Below, piece by piece: positions 39,662 to 49,673 of a stretch of 64,000 nt of DNA. This stretch comes from an uncultured Chloroflexia bacterium. Lineage in GTDB: Bacteria > Chloroflexota > Limnocylindria > QHBO01. The translations under genes and the position numbers were made by a program. The stretch spans positions 128,001-192,000 of the forward strand of contig CAWFCQ010000002.1 of assembly GCA_963814375.1 (NCBI GenBank). The letters run 5' to 3'. Every line of letters starts with the position of its first letter. Position 1 is the first letter of the stretch. The notes beneath the pieces were generated by a model. The model worked only from the letters and a program-made list of their open reading frames with translations, had not been told where the DNA came from and did no database searches.

Positions 39662-41554
39662 GTGTGCGGAATCACTGGCTTCGTCGTCGACGCCGAGCGT
39701 CCGGTGGGCGGCTGGTTCGCCGAAGCGGTCCATTGCGTCAGCCACCGCGGCCCCGATCGCGAGCGCATCTGGCTCGCCGGCGACACAACGCGGTCATTGC
39801 CGGATGAGCGCCACGACGCCCGCACCACCGCCGGGTTCGGGTTCGCTCGTCTGGCGATCATCGACCTGAGCGAGGCCAGCGACCAGCCGTTCGTGGCGCC
39901 CGGGCGTGCCGCGCTGACGTTCAACGGCGAGATCTACAACTACATCGAGCTGCGCGACGAGCTCGCCGGCATGGGGTGGACCTTCTCGTCGGCGGGCGAC
40001 GCCGAGGTGCTGCTGAAGGGCTATCTCCAATGGGGGCTCGACGTCCTGCCGCGCCTCAACGGGATGTTCGCGCTGGCGATCCACGACGAGGCCAAGGGCT
40101 CGCTGCTGCTGGCACGCGACCGGTTCGGTGAGAAGCCGATGTTCTGGACCGAATGGGAGGGCGGCGTCGCATTCGCCTCGGAGGCAAAGCAGCTGGCGCG
40201 CTATCCCGGTCTGCGGCTCGATCTCGAGCCGGCCGCGGTGGACGCCTACCTGTCGACCGGTCGGCCGTACCTCGGCTTCTCGAGCTGGTTCCGGGGCATC
40301 AGGCAGCTGGCCCCCGGCTCCTGGCTCGTGCGCGATGCTGATGGATGCCGCACCGGGAGCTACTTCGACCTGCGCTCGGAGGTCGCCGCGGTCGCGCCTG
40401 AGACGTCGCCGCGCGCCTGGGCCGACCGATTCTCGGCCGCCTGGCAGCGCTCGGTCGAGCTCCGTCTGCGCAGCGACGTGCCGGTCGGGACCTCGCTGTC
40501 GTCGGGTGTCGACAGCTCGGCGGTGATGGTCGAGGCCGCTGCCATCGGCCACGAGCGTTACCACGCCTTCACGCTCCGCTACGACGCCGAGCGGGACGAG
40601 GGGCGGGCTGCCGCGGACCTCGCCGCCGCGAGCGGGGCGACGTGGCACGCGGTGTGGGCCACCGGCGAGGAGTTCGCCGAGACCTGGGATGCGCTCACCT
40701 GGCACCACGAGACCCCGGTGGCGACAGCCAGCGCCTTCGGCCAGTGGAAGGTCTTCGAGGCGGCCCACGCGGCGGGCATCCGGGTCGTGCTCGATGGGCA
40801 GGGAGCCGACGAGATGCTGGCCGGCTACCACAAGTTCTACGCCGCCCACGTCCTGCACCGGATTCGGTCCGTCGGCCCTGGAGCCTTCTTTGACGTCGCG
40901 CGCTTCGGGCGTCAGGTCGGCCTCGGGCCGCTCGCCGAGCGGGCCACGTCGATCCTGCGACGGGAGGCCCACGCCAACGGCAGCGGCGACCGGCTGGACG
41001 GGACGGCCTCGCCCCCCGTCATCTCCGACCTTCGCCGGATGCGCATCGCCGATATCGAGGAGTGGAGCCTGCCGACCCTGCTCTCCTACGCCGATCGAAA
41101 CGCGATGGCGCACAGCATCGAGACACGGCTGCCGTTCCTGGATCCCGATGTGGCCGTGCTGGCCCTGGCCATGCCGGGCGAGGTGCTCTTCCGCGACGGC
41201 TGGACCAAGTGGCCGCTGCGCGCGCATCTCGCCTCACGCGGCGCGCCCGGTCCTGCATGGCGGCGCGGCAAGCGCTGGTTCGATCTCCCTTCAGCGGAGT
41301 GGCTGCGCGGTCCTCTCCGGCCTGCGATCGATGCCCTCGCAGACTCACCTCATCCGGCGTGGGCCGAGTTCGTTGAGCCCGACCGGCTACGCACGCTCGT
41401 CGCCCACCATCGTGACGCCGCCGATCCAGCCCGTGGCGGCACCCTGATGCGGCTGCTGGCCCTGGAGCGCTTCTTCCGCGTCTGGCTCCCGGCCGATTCC
41501 GCGGAGCGAGCCTACCTGCCCGACGCGCGCTCGAGGATGCCTGCCAGCCGCTGA
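39662..41554 (+). CDS. asnB: Asparagine synthase-like glutamine amidotransferase (probably polysaccharide amidation)
   Basis: N-terminal CGI, HRGPD, RLAIIDL, FNGEIYNY, RDRFGEKP, SDVPVG..LSSGVDSS, GQGADE and ETRLPFLD. Confidence 0.92.
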   Translation: MCGITGFVVDAERPVGGWFAEAVHCVSHRGPDRERIWLAGDTTRSLPDERHDARTTAGFGFARLAIIDLSEASDQPFVAPGRAALTFNGEIYNYIELRDELAGMGWTFSSAGDAEVLLKGYLQWGLDVLPRLNGMFALAIHDEAKGSLLLARDRFGEKPMFWTEWEGGVAFASEAKQLARYPGLRLDLEPAAVDAYLSTGRPYLGFSSWFRGIRQLAPGSWLVRDADGCRTGSYFDLRSEVAAVAPETSPRAWADRFSAAWQRSVELRLRSDVPVGTSLSSGVDSSAVMVEAAAIGHERYHAFTLRYDAERDEGRAAADLAAASGATWHAVWATGEEFAETWDALTWHHETPVATASAFGQWKVFEAAHAAGIRVVLDGQGADEMLAGYHKFYAAHVLHRIRSVGPGAFFDVARFGRQVGLGPLAERATSILRREAHANGSGDRLDGTASPPVISDLRRMRIADIEEWSLPTLLSYADRNAMAHSIETRLPFLDPDVAVLALAMPGEVLFRDGWTKWPLRAHLASRGAPGPAWRRGKRWFDLPSAEWLRGPLRPAIDALADSPHPAWAEFVEPDRLRTLVAHHRDAADPARGGTLMRLLALERFFRVWLPADSAERAYLPDARSRMPASR

Positions 41555-42732
41555 ACGACAGCGGGTCGATCGTAGTCGGCCCGTGCGAGGGCGCGGCCCC
41601 GCTCGCCACGTTCGTCGCGATCGGGGTCGGCCGCCGCCTCCCGGATGGCGCGTGCCAGGTCGTCCGGATCCTCTGGCGTGGCGATATAGCCCGCGCGCTG
41701 CCCGCGCACGAGCTCGGCGGCGGTTCCCCGCGCAGCGACGATCACGGCGCGCGCCGCCGCCATCGCCTCGACCAGCTTCGTCGGCAGCGAGGCTTCGTAC
41801 AGCGGGCCATCGCGAAGCATCACCAGCGCCGCATCGGCCGCCGCCAGAGCGACCGGAATCTCGCTGCGCGGCAGCGGCCGGTGGAAGGTCACCGATGTGG
41901 CTCCGGCGGCATCGGCCTGGGCGCGCAGGTCGGCTTCCTCGACGCCATCGCCGATGAGGTGGAATGCCACCGGCTCGGTGATCCGCCCCGCCGCGGCGAT
42001 CAGCGTGCGCATGCCCTGCGCCGCACCGAGCGTCCCGGCGTAGACGACGGTGAAGCGGTCGGGGTCCCAGCCCATGCGGCGACGGGCATCTGCCCGTGCC
42101 GGGACGCTTTCGAAGCGAGCCACGTCGACGGCGTTCGGCAGGTGCACGACCTTCCCGGCGGTGCCCGGCTTGCTCGCGATCAGCTCGACCAGCGGGGGCG
42201 TCACCGTCGTGATCGCCTCCGCGCCCGCATAGGCAAACCGCTCGAGCGCAAATGCGAGTCGGCGCGCAGTCGGGCTCTCCAGGTAGCCCATCGCGATCGG
42301 GAAGTCCGGCCACGGATCGGCGACATGGAGGACGTACGGACGTCCGGCCAGCGTGGCGATCACACGCCCCGCTCCGGCGGTGAAGAGTGGCGGCGACTCC
42401 ACCAGCACGACGTCGTGCCTTCGTGCCACCTCGATCGACGCATGGCTGGTGAGGGCGAAGCTCAGCTGTGAGGCGATCCTGTCAGCGAAGCGATCGCCTC
42501 CTCGCGCGATCACCGGCAGTCGTGCGATGGGTGTGCCGTCGATCCTCTCGCGCCTTGGTCGCCACCAGCGATAGGCGGGCGGGACGACGCCGTGGGGGTA
42601 ATGCGGGATCGGCGCGACGACGGTCACTGCGACCCCGAGGTGGCGGAGCTGCGCGACCGTCTCCGAGAGGCGCGTCTGTGCCGCGCCGACCTCGGGTGGG
42701 TAGTAGTGCGTCAACAGCATGACCCGAGTCAT
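41512..42732 (-). CDS. Glycosyltransferase family 4 (WbuB-like)
   Basis: YYPPEVGAAQTR, ESPPLF, DPWPD, YAGTLGAAQG and LPTKLVEAMAA. Confidence 0.92.
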   Translation of the reverse strand: MTRVMLLTHYYPPEVGAAQTRLSETVAQLRHLGVAVTVVAPIPHYPHGVVPPAYRWWRPRRERIDGTPIARLPVIARGGDRFADRIASQLSFALTSHASIEVARRHDVVLVESPPLFTAGAGRVIATLAGRPYVLHVADPWPDFPIAMGYLESPTARRLAFALERFAYAGAEAITTVTPPLVELIASKPGTAGKVVHLPNAVDVARFESVPARADARRRMGWDPDRFTVVYAGTLGAAQGMRTLIAAAGRITEPVAFHLIGDGVEEADLRAQADAAGATSVTFHRPLPRSEIPVALAAADAALVMLRDGPLYEASLPTKLVEAMAAARAVIVAARGTAAELVRGQRAGYIATPEDPDDLARAIREAAADPDRDERGERGRALARADYDRPAVVQRLAGILERASGR

Positions 42733-43949
42733 GACGAGCCTTCCACCAGCGCGTCGTAACCGTCGAGCAGCACCTGTGCCTGGCGCTGCCATGAGTAGCG
42801 CTCGGTGGCCGCGGTGCGGCATGCGGCGAACCAGCCGGCACGATCACCGTTGAGCACGGTGCTGATCGCCGCCGCGATCGAGTCGGGCGAGGTGGGGTCG
42901 CACGTTGCCCCGACACCGGCGCCCGTGATGATCGCGCGCATCTCGGGAAAGTCGCTGGCGACGACCGGAACGCCGACCGCCATGCACTCGAACAGCTTGT
43001 TCGGCGTGGCGAGCAGATTGTTGCGCTCCACGGGCTGGAATGCGATCACGCCGACGTCCGCGCCGGCGACCCATGCCGGCAGGTCCTCGACCGAGACGGC
43101 CGGATGGTGGAGAACGCGTCGATCGGGCCGTTCGCGCGAAGCGGCCTGGATCGTGGGAACGAGCTCGCCATTGCCGAGCAGGACGAGCGCGACCTCCGGC
43201 GGCAGACGATCGAGGGCCTCGATGGTCTCAACGATCCCACGGTCGTCGACCAGCCCGCCGTGGTGCAGCAGGATCGGCCGATCGCCGAGGTCGAGGCGCG
43301 TCCGCAACGGGCTCGCGAGCCGAGGCGGCGGATCGGGCTCCACGATCGGGCAGTTCATCACGACGTGGGGCCGGCGAATGCCATAGCGCGCGGCGAGCTC
43401 ATCGGCGATCCCGCCGTTCACCGTGATGACGAGGTCCGCTCGCCGGGCATGGCGCCGTTCCATGCGCGCGACCATGCGGCGCGCCGGGCCCGGCAGCCGC
43501 GCCGCGGCGCCGGCCTCCATGAAGAGCTCGTGGGAGTCGTACACGAGCGCTCCCGGACGGGTGCGCTGTGCCCGCGCAGCCGCGAGGAGTCCGGTCAGGT
43601 CGTGGCCATGCCAGGCCACGTCGGCCGCTTCGGCGGCCCAGTCCACCGCGGCTTCGGCCGCGGCGCCGACCCACTCGAGGAGCCCGGCTCCGTAGCGTGT
43701 CAGCCACCGCGCGCGTTCGAGCGCGGTCCGACGTGCGCCCGGGTCCCCGGGCCGCACCGCGTCCGGCGCTCCGACGCGGATGAGCTTCCACCCGTCTCGC
43801 TGTTCCTCATTCGGAAGGCCCGCCGCCGTATGCCCGACGACCAGGACCGCCCGACCCGAGCCGGCGAGGGCATCGGCTTCTCGGACGACGCGGCTGTCAT
43901 GCGACGCGTCGCCGTAGACGAACATCGCGACGGTGGCCGGATGGGTCAT
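42729..43949 (-). CDS. Glycosyltransferase family 4
   Basis: DSRVVREA, HGHD, LVYDSHE and PNKLFECMAVGVPVVASDFP. Confidence 0.92.
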   Translation of the reverse strand: MTHPATVAMFVYGDASHDSRVVREADALAGSGRAVLVVGHTAAGLPNEEQRDGWKLIRVGAPDAVRPGDPGARRTALERARWLTRYGAGLLEWVGAAAEAAVDWAAEAADVAWHGHDLTGLLAAARAQRTRPGALVYDSHELFMEAGAAARLPGPARRMVARMERRHARRADLVITVNGGIADELAARYGIRRPHVVMNCPIVEPDPPPRLASPLRTRLDLGDRPILLHHGGLVDDRGIVETIEALDRLPPEVALVLLGNGELVPTIQAASRERPDRRVLHHPAVSVEDLPAWVAGADVGVIAFQPVERNNLLATPNKLFECMAVGVPVVASDFPEMRAIITGAGVGATCDPTSPDSIAAAISTVLNGDRAGWFAACRTAATERYSWQRQAQVLLDGYDALVEGSS

Positions 43950-44118
43950 GGCGCGGCATCATACCGGCGCAGCGGAACCCGTTGGTCCTATCGGCCAGCC
44001 GTGACGGTTTGACCCCGTCGATCGGTACGATCTGGAGGGCTGGCAAGCAGCACGTTCGCGGCGAGGATGGGTCGCCCGGTCAACCCCGGCCGGGCGACCT
44101 CGCAGCCGAAGGTGCCCA

Positions 44119-45555
44119 TTGCCTCAGTTCACCGCGCAGCGGCTCGATCCCTGGGCCAAGCCTCCCACCGAGCCCAGCCCTCCGCCCCCTCCGCGCGGCC
44201 TGACGGCGGCCGATCGAGTCTCGACCCTGATCGTCACGCTTCTCGTCCCGGCCCTGCTCGTCCCGCTCCTCATCGTGGTCGCGGCCACCAGCCCGCAGCT
44301 CCGGTTGACCGCGGGATCGGTCCTTCCCGGCCAGCGGATCACCATCGTCGGGGAGCGGTTCCAGCCCGGCCAGCGAGGCACGATCGAGCTCGATGGGGTC
44401 AGGGTGGATCGGTATACTGTGCGCCAGTCCGGTACCTTCGAGATCAATCTCCGCATGCCCAGGACCCTGAGGCTCGGCCAGCACACGATCCACGCCCGCT
44501 CCGGTGGCACGTCGGTCGCCTCCCTCGTCATCTCCTTCGCGCTGACCGCGCAGAGCGTCCCCGTCGCAGGCTCCGAAGCAACGCCCACTCCGGTCGCGTC
44601 CGGGCCCTCGGCCCCCGTCCTCCTCGAGCCGACGTCGCCGACGCCCACGCCGACGCCCACTCCGACCCCGACTCCCACGCCGACCCCGACGCCGACGCCC
44701 ACACCGCGGCCGACACCGGTCCCGACGCCGGTGCCGACACCGGTCCCGACCCCGGTCCCGACTCCCGCGCCGGTGGCGCCTGCACCGCCCCCGCCTGCCG
44801 CGACGCCCGCCCCACCGCCTCCGCCCCCGGCCGGCGCCGGGCCGATGGTGCCCGGTGGACGCGTGCTCTTCATGTCGCCCGCGGGCTCAGACTCGTCAGC
44901 GGGCACGGCCGCCGCGCCGTGGCGCAGCCTTCCCGCCGCCGCCTCGAGGCTCCGCCCCGGCGACACGCTCTACGTGCGCGGTGGTACCTACGTGGGGCAG
45001 GGCCTGCAGTGGACGGTGTCGGGTACCTCCGGCGCACCGATCTGGGTCAAGGCATACCCGGGCGAGCGCCCCGTCTTTGACGGCAACGGATCGGTCGGCC
45101 AGTTCCTGTGGTTCCGAGGGGGAGCGGGCTATATCTTCGTCGACGGGTTGACCGTCACCCGCTACGCCCCCCACGACAGCGGCGTCATGATCTTCACCGA
45201 TGGCGCCCACAACATCGTCATGCAGAACATGAACGCGTCGGGCAACTTCGGCAGCTCGCAGAACGAGCACATCTTCTATCCCGCCGCCGCCGGGGTTCAC
45301 GACATCACGATCCGCTACTCCTACATCGCAGGAGCCAGGGGCGGCGCGGTGCACATGTACCACTCGCCGGGCCCGCAGCGGGTGCGCATCCACAACAACA
45401 CGATCCGTGACAGCTACTGGGGCGTGATCGCCGACAGTGGAGCCTCGGCCGAGGTCTTCAACAACACCTTCGTCAACAACACGGTCAACATCTACCGCAC
45501 CGGCGGCGCGACCGTGGTCGCCTACGGGAACAGCCCGAACGACGTGATCAAGTAG
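44119..45555 (+). CDS. Membrane-anchored protein with Ig-like domain, Pro-Thr linker and right-handed beta-helix (pectate lyase-like/DUF1565) domain
   Basis: TM segment; (PT)n tract; MSPAGSDSSAGTAAAPWRSL...PGDTLYVRGGTY...AYPGERPVFDG; Asn-rich ladder at the C-terminus. Confidence 0.8.
   Translation: MPQFTAQRLDPWAKPPTEPSPPPPPRGLTAADRVSTLIVTLLVPALLVPLLIVVAATSPQLRLTAGSVLPGQRITIVGERFQPGQRGTIELDGVRVDRYTVRQSGTFEINLRMPRTLRLGQHTIHARSGGTSVASLVISFALTAQSVPVAGSEATPTPVASGPSAPVLLEPTSPTPTPTPTPTPTPTPTPTPTPTPRPTPVPTPVPTPVPTPVPTPAPVAPAPPPPAATPAPPPPPPAGAGPMVPGGRVLFMSPAGSDSSAGTAAAPWRSLPAAASRLRPGDTLYVRGGTYVGQGLQWTVSGTSGAPIWVKAYPGERPVFDGNGSVGQFLWFRGGAGYIFVDGLTVTRYAPHDSGVMIFTDGAHNIVMQNMNASGNFGSSQNEHIFYPAAAGVHDITIRYSYIAGARGGAVHMYHSPGPQRVRIHNNTIRDSYWGVIADSGASAEVFNNTFVNNTVNIYRTGGATVVAYGNSPNDVIK
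44630..44770 (+). repeat. Pro-Thr coding low-complexity tandem repeat
   Basis: CCGACG/CCCACG/CCGGTC repeats encoding PTPTPT...PVPTPVPT. Confidence 0.85.
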
Positions 45556-45558
45556 GGA

Positions 45559-47454
45559 TCAGCTCCGCCCGTCCAGCCGGCGAAGCCACGACTCGACGTT
45601 GAGCGCCCGCCACAGCTCCGCATGACGCCGCGCGGGGTCTGCGAGGAGCCGATCGATCTCCGCGGGCCGCAGCCAGCCGATCTCCGCCATCCGTCCACCT
45701 TTCAGACGTTCGACCGCCTGCGGGCGGAGGCGGCTCATCCACCTCGCCTCGGGGACGAAGAACCCCATCTTGTCTCGTCGCCGCACCACCTCGTCGGGTA
45801 GGCGCCCGGACATGGCGCGCCGCAGGATCCGCTTCGTGACCCCGCCGGAGATGCGCAGGCGATCGGGGAGGCGGCAGGACATCTCGACCAGCCGGTAGTC
45901 GAGGAACGGCACCCGCGCCTCGATCCCGAAGGCCATGCTGTTGCGGTCCTCGTAGCGGAGGAGCGCCGGCAGGCTCTCGGAGGCCAGGTCCTGCCAGAGC
46001 TGCCGAGCCAGGGGAGTACCCGGGAGATCGTGCCAGGCGGCTCTCGTCTCCACTTTCGCCAGCTCCGGCCCGAGCCCCATCGTCCAGACGCCCGGGAGGG
46101 CTCCGCGGAGCGCATCCCTCACGCGGTGGCCGGCGAGCCCGCGCGTCGTCCGCTTCGCCAGGCGCGCCGGCGAGGCATTGCGTGCCTGGCTGACAAGATC
46201 TCCCCAGGCACCCCGCAGGTGGCCGTCGAACACGAGCCCGGCGAGCCGAAGGCCGAGGTACGGATCGTAGCCGCCGAGGGTCTCGTCCGCGCCCTGGCCG
46301 TCGAGCAGCACCTTCAGCCCTGCCCGATGCGCCGCCTCCATCACGGTGTGCTGCGCGAGGACCGAGGTTGAGGCGAATGGCTCGCCCTGGGCCAGCATGA
46401 CCGCCTCGAGGCGGTCCCACAGGTCCGGCGGCGTGCGAGCGAAGACGAGGTCGACTTCCGATTGGCGCGCGACCAACGTCGCGAAGCGAGACTCGTCGAT
46501 CTCGTCTCCGGGATATCGAGCGTGGAACGCGTACTGGGCGACCTGCTGGTGCTGCTCGGCGGTCGTCGGTCCGCGGTCGCGGAGGATCGCGGTGGTGCGA
46601 ACGATCGCCGATGAGTCGAGGCCGCCCGAGAGGCAGCTGCCCAGTGGAACGTCGGACCGCAGCCGAAGCCGCACGGCGTCGTCGAACGTCGCCCGGAACT
46701 CCTCGACCAGCCGACGGTCGTCGGCCGTGGTGGCGGCGCTCGGAGCGCTTGCGTCGTCGCTCAGCGGGGGCGGCGACCACCAGCGAACCCGCCGCACCTC
46801 GCCGTCCTCGACCACCACGTGATGGCCTGGGGCGATCGACTCGATCCCCGAGACGAACGTGCCGGTCGAGTGATCCGTCAGCCCGCGCTCGAGAAAGTCG
46901 CGAGCGGTGGCGGGATCCGGTTCCGCCGACCACGTGTCGCCGTCGTGCGCACCGGACACCGATGCGAGCGCCTGGACCTCGCTGGCGAGCAGGATCGCGC
47001 GCCCGGTGCGGCGCATGTAGAGCGGCTTGACGCCCATGCGGTCACGGGAGGCGACGAGCCTGCGACGGCCCGCGTCCCACAGGACCATGGCCCACATGCC
47101 GTTGAACCGGCTGAAGGCGTCGAGGCCCCAGCACCGGTACGCGGCGATGATGACCTCGGTGTCGGTCTCGGTGCTGAACGACACCCCCTGAGTGGCGAGC
47201 TCAGCCTTGAGCTCGAGGTAGTTGTAGACCTCGCCGTTGTGGATGAGCCAAACGCCGTCGCGCTCCATCGGCTGCGCGCCGGCCTCCGTCGGATCGAGGA
47301 TGCTGAGACGCCAATGGCCGAGGGCGGTCGGCCCATCGACCTGGACCCCGTTCCCGTCCGGCCCGCGGTGCGCGAGGCAGGGCATGATGCGATCGAGGGT
47401 CTCCCGCATCGCGGGCCCTCCGTCAAGGGCGTGGACGGCAGCTATCCCACACAT
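45559..47454 (-). CDS. asnB: Second asparagine synthase-like glutamine amidotransferase
   Basis: MCGIAA, HRGPD, RLSILD, HNGEVYNY, RDRMGVKP, SDVPLGSCLSGGLDSS, GQGADE and RNSMAFGIEARVPFLD. Confidence 0.94.
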   Translation of the reverse strand: MCGIAAVHALDGGPAMRETLDRIMPCLAHRGPDGNGVQVDGPTALGHWRLSILDPTEAGAQPMERDGVWLIHNGEVYNYLELKAELATQGVSFSTETDTEVIIAAYRCWGLDAFSRFNGMWAMVLWDAGRRRLVASRDRMGVKPLYMRRTGRAILLASEVQALASVSGAHDGDTWSAEPDPATARDFLERGLTDHSTGTFVSGIESIAPGHHVVVEDGEVRRVRWWSPPPLSDDASAPSAATTADDRRLVEEFRATFDDAVRLRLRSDVPLGSCLSGGLDSSAIVRTTAILRDRGPTTAEQHQQVAQYAFHARYPGDEIDESRFATLVARQSEVDLVFARTPPDLWDRLEAVMLAQGEPFASTSVLAQHTVMEAAHRAGLKVLLDGQGADETLGGYDPYLGLRLAGLVFDGHLRGAWGDLVSQARNASPARLAKRTTRGLAGHRVRDALRGALPGVWTMGLGPELAKVETRAAWHDLPGTPLARQLWQDLASESLPALLRYEDRNSMAFGIEARVPFLDYRLVEMSCRLPDRLRISGGVTKRILRRAMSGRLPDEVVRRRDKMGFFVPEARWMSRLRPQAVERLKGGRMAEIGWLRPAEIDRLLADPARRHAELWRALNVESWLRRLDGRS

Positions 47455-47599
47455 CGCGGTGCATGATGCCCCATCGGGCGCGTGTGACGAAATTGCCGGG
47501 ATCGCTAGGATGCACGTTGCGGCCGCTTCCTGGCCGCCCGGGAGGGATCAGGCAATTGACCAGGACCCGAGTCGCGCGCGTCTCCGAGGGCTCGGCACC

Positions 47600-49015
47600 G
47601 TGAGCTCGCGGTCGCCGGTGACCATGCTGCGTTCGGCGAGCCGGCGGGTCGTCGGCGTGGTGCCAGGAGCCGTCTGGCTCGGCGCCACCGTCGTCCTCGT
47701 CCCGCTGGTCGTGGCCGGAGCCGCGTACCGCGGCGTGCTCGAGCTGGTGGCCGTCGGCGTCGCCGGCGCCGCCGCCATCGTGTTCACGATGGTCAACCCG
47801 CGGCCGATGCTGTTCGTCTACGTCGCCCTGATTCCCCTGGAGGCGACGCTCGTCATCGGCGAGGCCGCGACGATCACGCGGGCAGTCGGCGCCGCCTTCT
47901 TCGTCGGCTACGTCCTCCGACGTTTCGGGCACCTGCACCTCCGAGCCATTCCGGTGATCGGCTGGGCCTACTTCGCGTGGGCGTTGGCGAGCTATACGTG
48001 GGCGATATCGCAGATTGCGGCGGCCGACGCGCTGTTCACGCTGGCGCAGCTGTTCGCGATGACCGTCGTCGTCGCCGACCTGGTGGCGGAAGAGCCGGGC
48101 GCCGCCCGCCGCGTGCTGTGGGTGTATGTCATCGCCGCCTGCGCCACCGCGGTCATCGCGCTGGGTGCCGCGGGGCTGGGTGGCGGCCTCGGCGGAGAGC
48201 GCATCGGCGCCTTCGAGTCGCAGGACGTGGCGCAGTTCGCGGCCCTGGTCGTGCCCGCCGTCCTCTTCTTCTACGTGGAGCTGCTCGAGGGGCGGCATCG
48301 CCTGGTGGCGTCGGCCGGCATCATGGTCGCGGCCGCCGCGATCGTCTTCAGCGGGACTCGCAGCGCGTGGATCGCGATGGCGGTGGCAGCCGCCGTCATC
48401 ACGCTGCCGCGCATCGGCCGGCGAGGCATGGTGCCGATCGCGATGGTTGGGCTCGGGGTCCTGGCGCTCTTCACCGTGGACGAGCTGGGTGGGTTCGTCC
48501 TCGATCGCCTCGGGACGGCGCTGAGCTCCGGAGGCGCCGGCCGCATCGACATCTGGTCCGTCGGCCTGAACATCTTCGCGGCCCATCCGGTCGCCGGCGT
48601 CGGGTACGGAAACTTCCCGATCGCGTTCACTCCCGAGGTGATCCGCGCCACCGACGTGCCAGGCCTGGATGTCAACGTCCTCTTCCCTGGCGCCGGCCCG
48701 CACTCCTTCCTCATCGGTACGCTGGCCGAGCTGGGCCTGGTCGGCATCGCGCTCCTCGTGCCGTTCCTCGGCGTGACGCTCCTCGGGCGCGCCACGGACC
48801 AATCGTGGCCGGTCGTCCAGGGCATCCTCCTTGCGCTCGTGGTGCAGGGCTTCTTCCTGGACCTGATGAACCGAAAGCACTTCTGGCTCTTCATCGGCCT
48901 CGCGCTCGGGCTGGCCTGGCAGGCCGCGATGGAGCGACGCGCACGGGCGGAGGCCGAAGCGGCGGAGCGCGACGCGTTCGCGCAGACGATCAGGACCACC
49001 TGGGCTCCCTCGTGA
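47600..49015 (+). CDS. O-antigen ligase / Wzy_C family membrane protein
   Basis: Many TM helices; SGTRSAWI, GRIDIW, HPVAGVGYGNF and HSFLIGTLAELGLVG. Start uncertain (47600 or 47624). Confidence 0.85.
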   Translation: MSSRSPVTMLRSASRRVVGVVPGAVWLGATVVLVPLVVAGAAYRGVLELVAVGVAGAAAIVFTMVNPRPMLFVYVALIPLEATLVIGEAATITRAVGAAFFVGYVLRRFGHLHLRAIPVIGWAYFAWALASYTWAISQIAAADALFTLAQLFAMTVVVADLVAEEPGAARRVLWVYVIAACATAVIALGAAGLGGGLGGERIGAFESQDVAQFAALVVPAVLFFYVELLEGRHRLVASAGIMVAAAAIVFSGTRSAWIAMAVAAAVITLPRIGRRGMVPIAMVGLGVLALFTVDELGGFVLDRLGTALSSGGAGRIDIWSVGLNIFAAHPVAGVGYGNFPIAFTPEVIRATDVPGLDVNVLFPGAGPHSFLIGTLAELGLVGIALLVPFLGVTLLGRATDQSWPVVQGILLALVVQGFFLDLMNRKHFWLFIGLALGLAWQAAMERRARAEAEAAERDAFAQTIRTTWAPS

Positions 49016-49656
49016 GCGACGGGACGCCGCGGGGGAAGCGGCTGCTCGATCTGGGAGTCGGTGCCCCGATGGCGGTCGCGACGCTCCCCCTCCTCGCGGG
49101 CGTGGCGATCGCGAACCGGCTGACCGGCGACCGCGGCCCGCTGTTCTACCGCGCGGTGAGGGTTGGCGAGGGCGGGCGCCCGATAACGGTCCTCAAGCTG
49201 CGGACGATGGCGGTCGACGGCGTCGGTGGGCCGCTCACCCAGCGCGACGACCCCCGCGTCACCCGGGTCGGTCGCTTCCTACGGCGATTCAAGATCGACG
49301 AGCTGCCGCAGCTGTGGAACGTGGTGCGCGGCGACATGAGCCTCGTCGGCCCGCGCCCTGAGGACCCGGGCTTCGTCGACTGGTCGAACCCGCTGCATGC
49401 CGCGGTCTTCATGGCACGACCGGGCATCACCGGCCTCGCGCAGCTCGCGTACGCGCGAGAGGAGGAGCTCCATGTCGGCGACGAGGCGATGGATCTTTAC
49501 GAGAGCGAGATCCTGCCGCGGAAGCTTCGCCTCGATCGCTGGTATCTCGAGCACAGCGGGCTGCGGCTCGACGCACGCATCCTGCTGAGCACCGCCGGGA
49601 TCGTGATCGGCATCAAGCGCCGCCGATGGACGCGCCCGGGGCCGCCGATCGGCTGA
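49012..49656 (+). CDS. Priming phosphoglycosyl transferase (Bac_transf, small PglC-like)
   Basis: [48 protein letters not shown] and RPGITGLAQ. Confidence 0.93.
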   Translation: MSDGTPRGKRLLDLGVGAPMAVATLPLLAGVAIANRLTGDRGPLFYRAVRVGEGGRPITVLKLRTMAVDGVGGPLTQRDDPRVTRVGRFLRRFKIDELPQLWNVVRGDMSLVGPRPEDPGFVDWSNPLHAAVFMARPGITGLAQLAYAREEELHVGDEAMDLYESEILPRKLRLDRWYLEHSGLRLDARILLSTAGIVIGIKRRRWTRPGPPIG

Positions 49657-49673
49657 ACGAGCGCGCGCCCGGG

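Noticed and set aside
44630-44770. CRISPR-like or VNTR array
   Set aside because: It is a degenerate Pro-Thr codon repeat inside a CDS, with no spacers and no cas genes.
39662-47454. Lasso-peptide cyclases (AsnB homologs)
   Set aside because: Both proteins have an intact N-terminal Cys glutaminase domain and sit among glycosyltransferases. No B1/B2 proteins or precursor peptide were seen.
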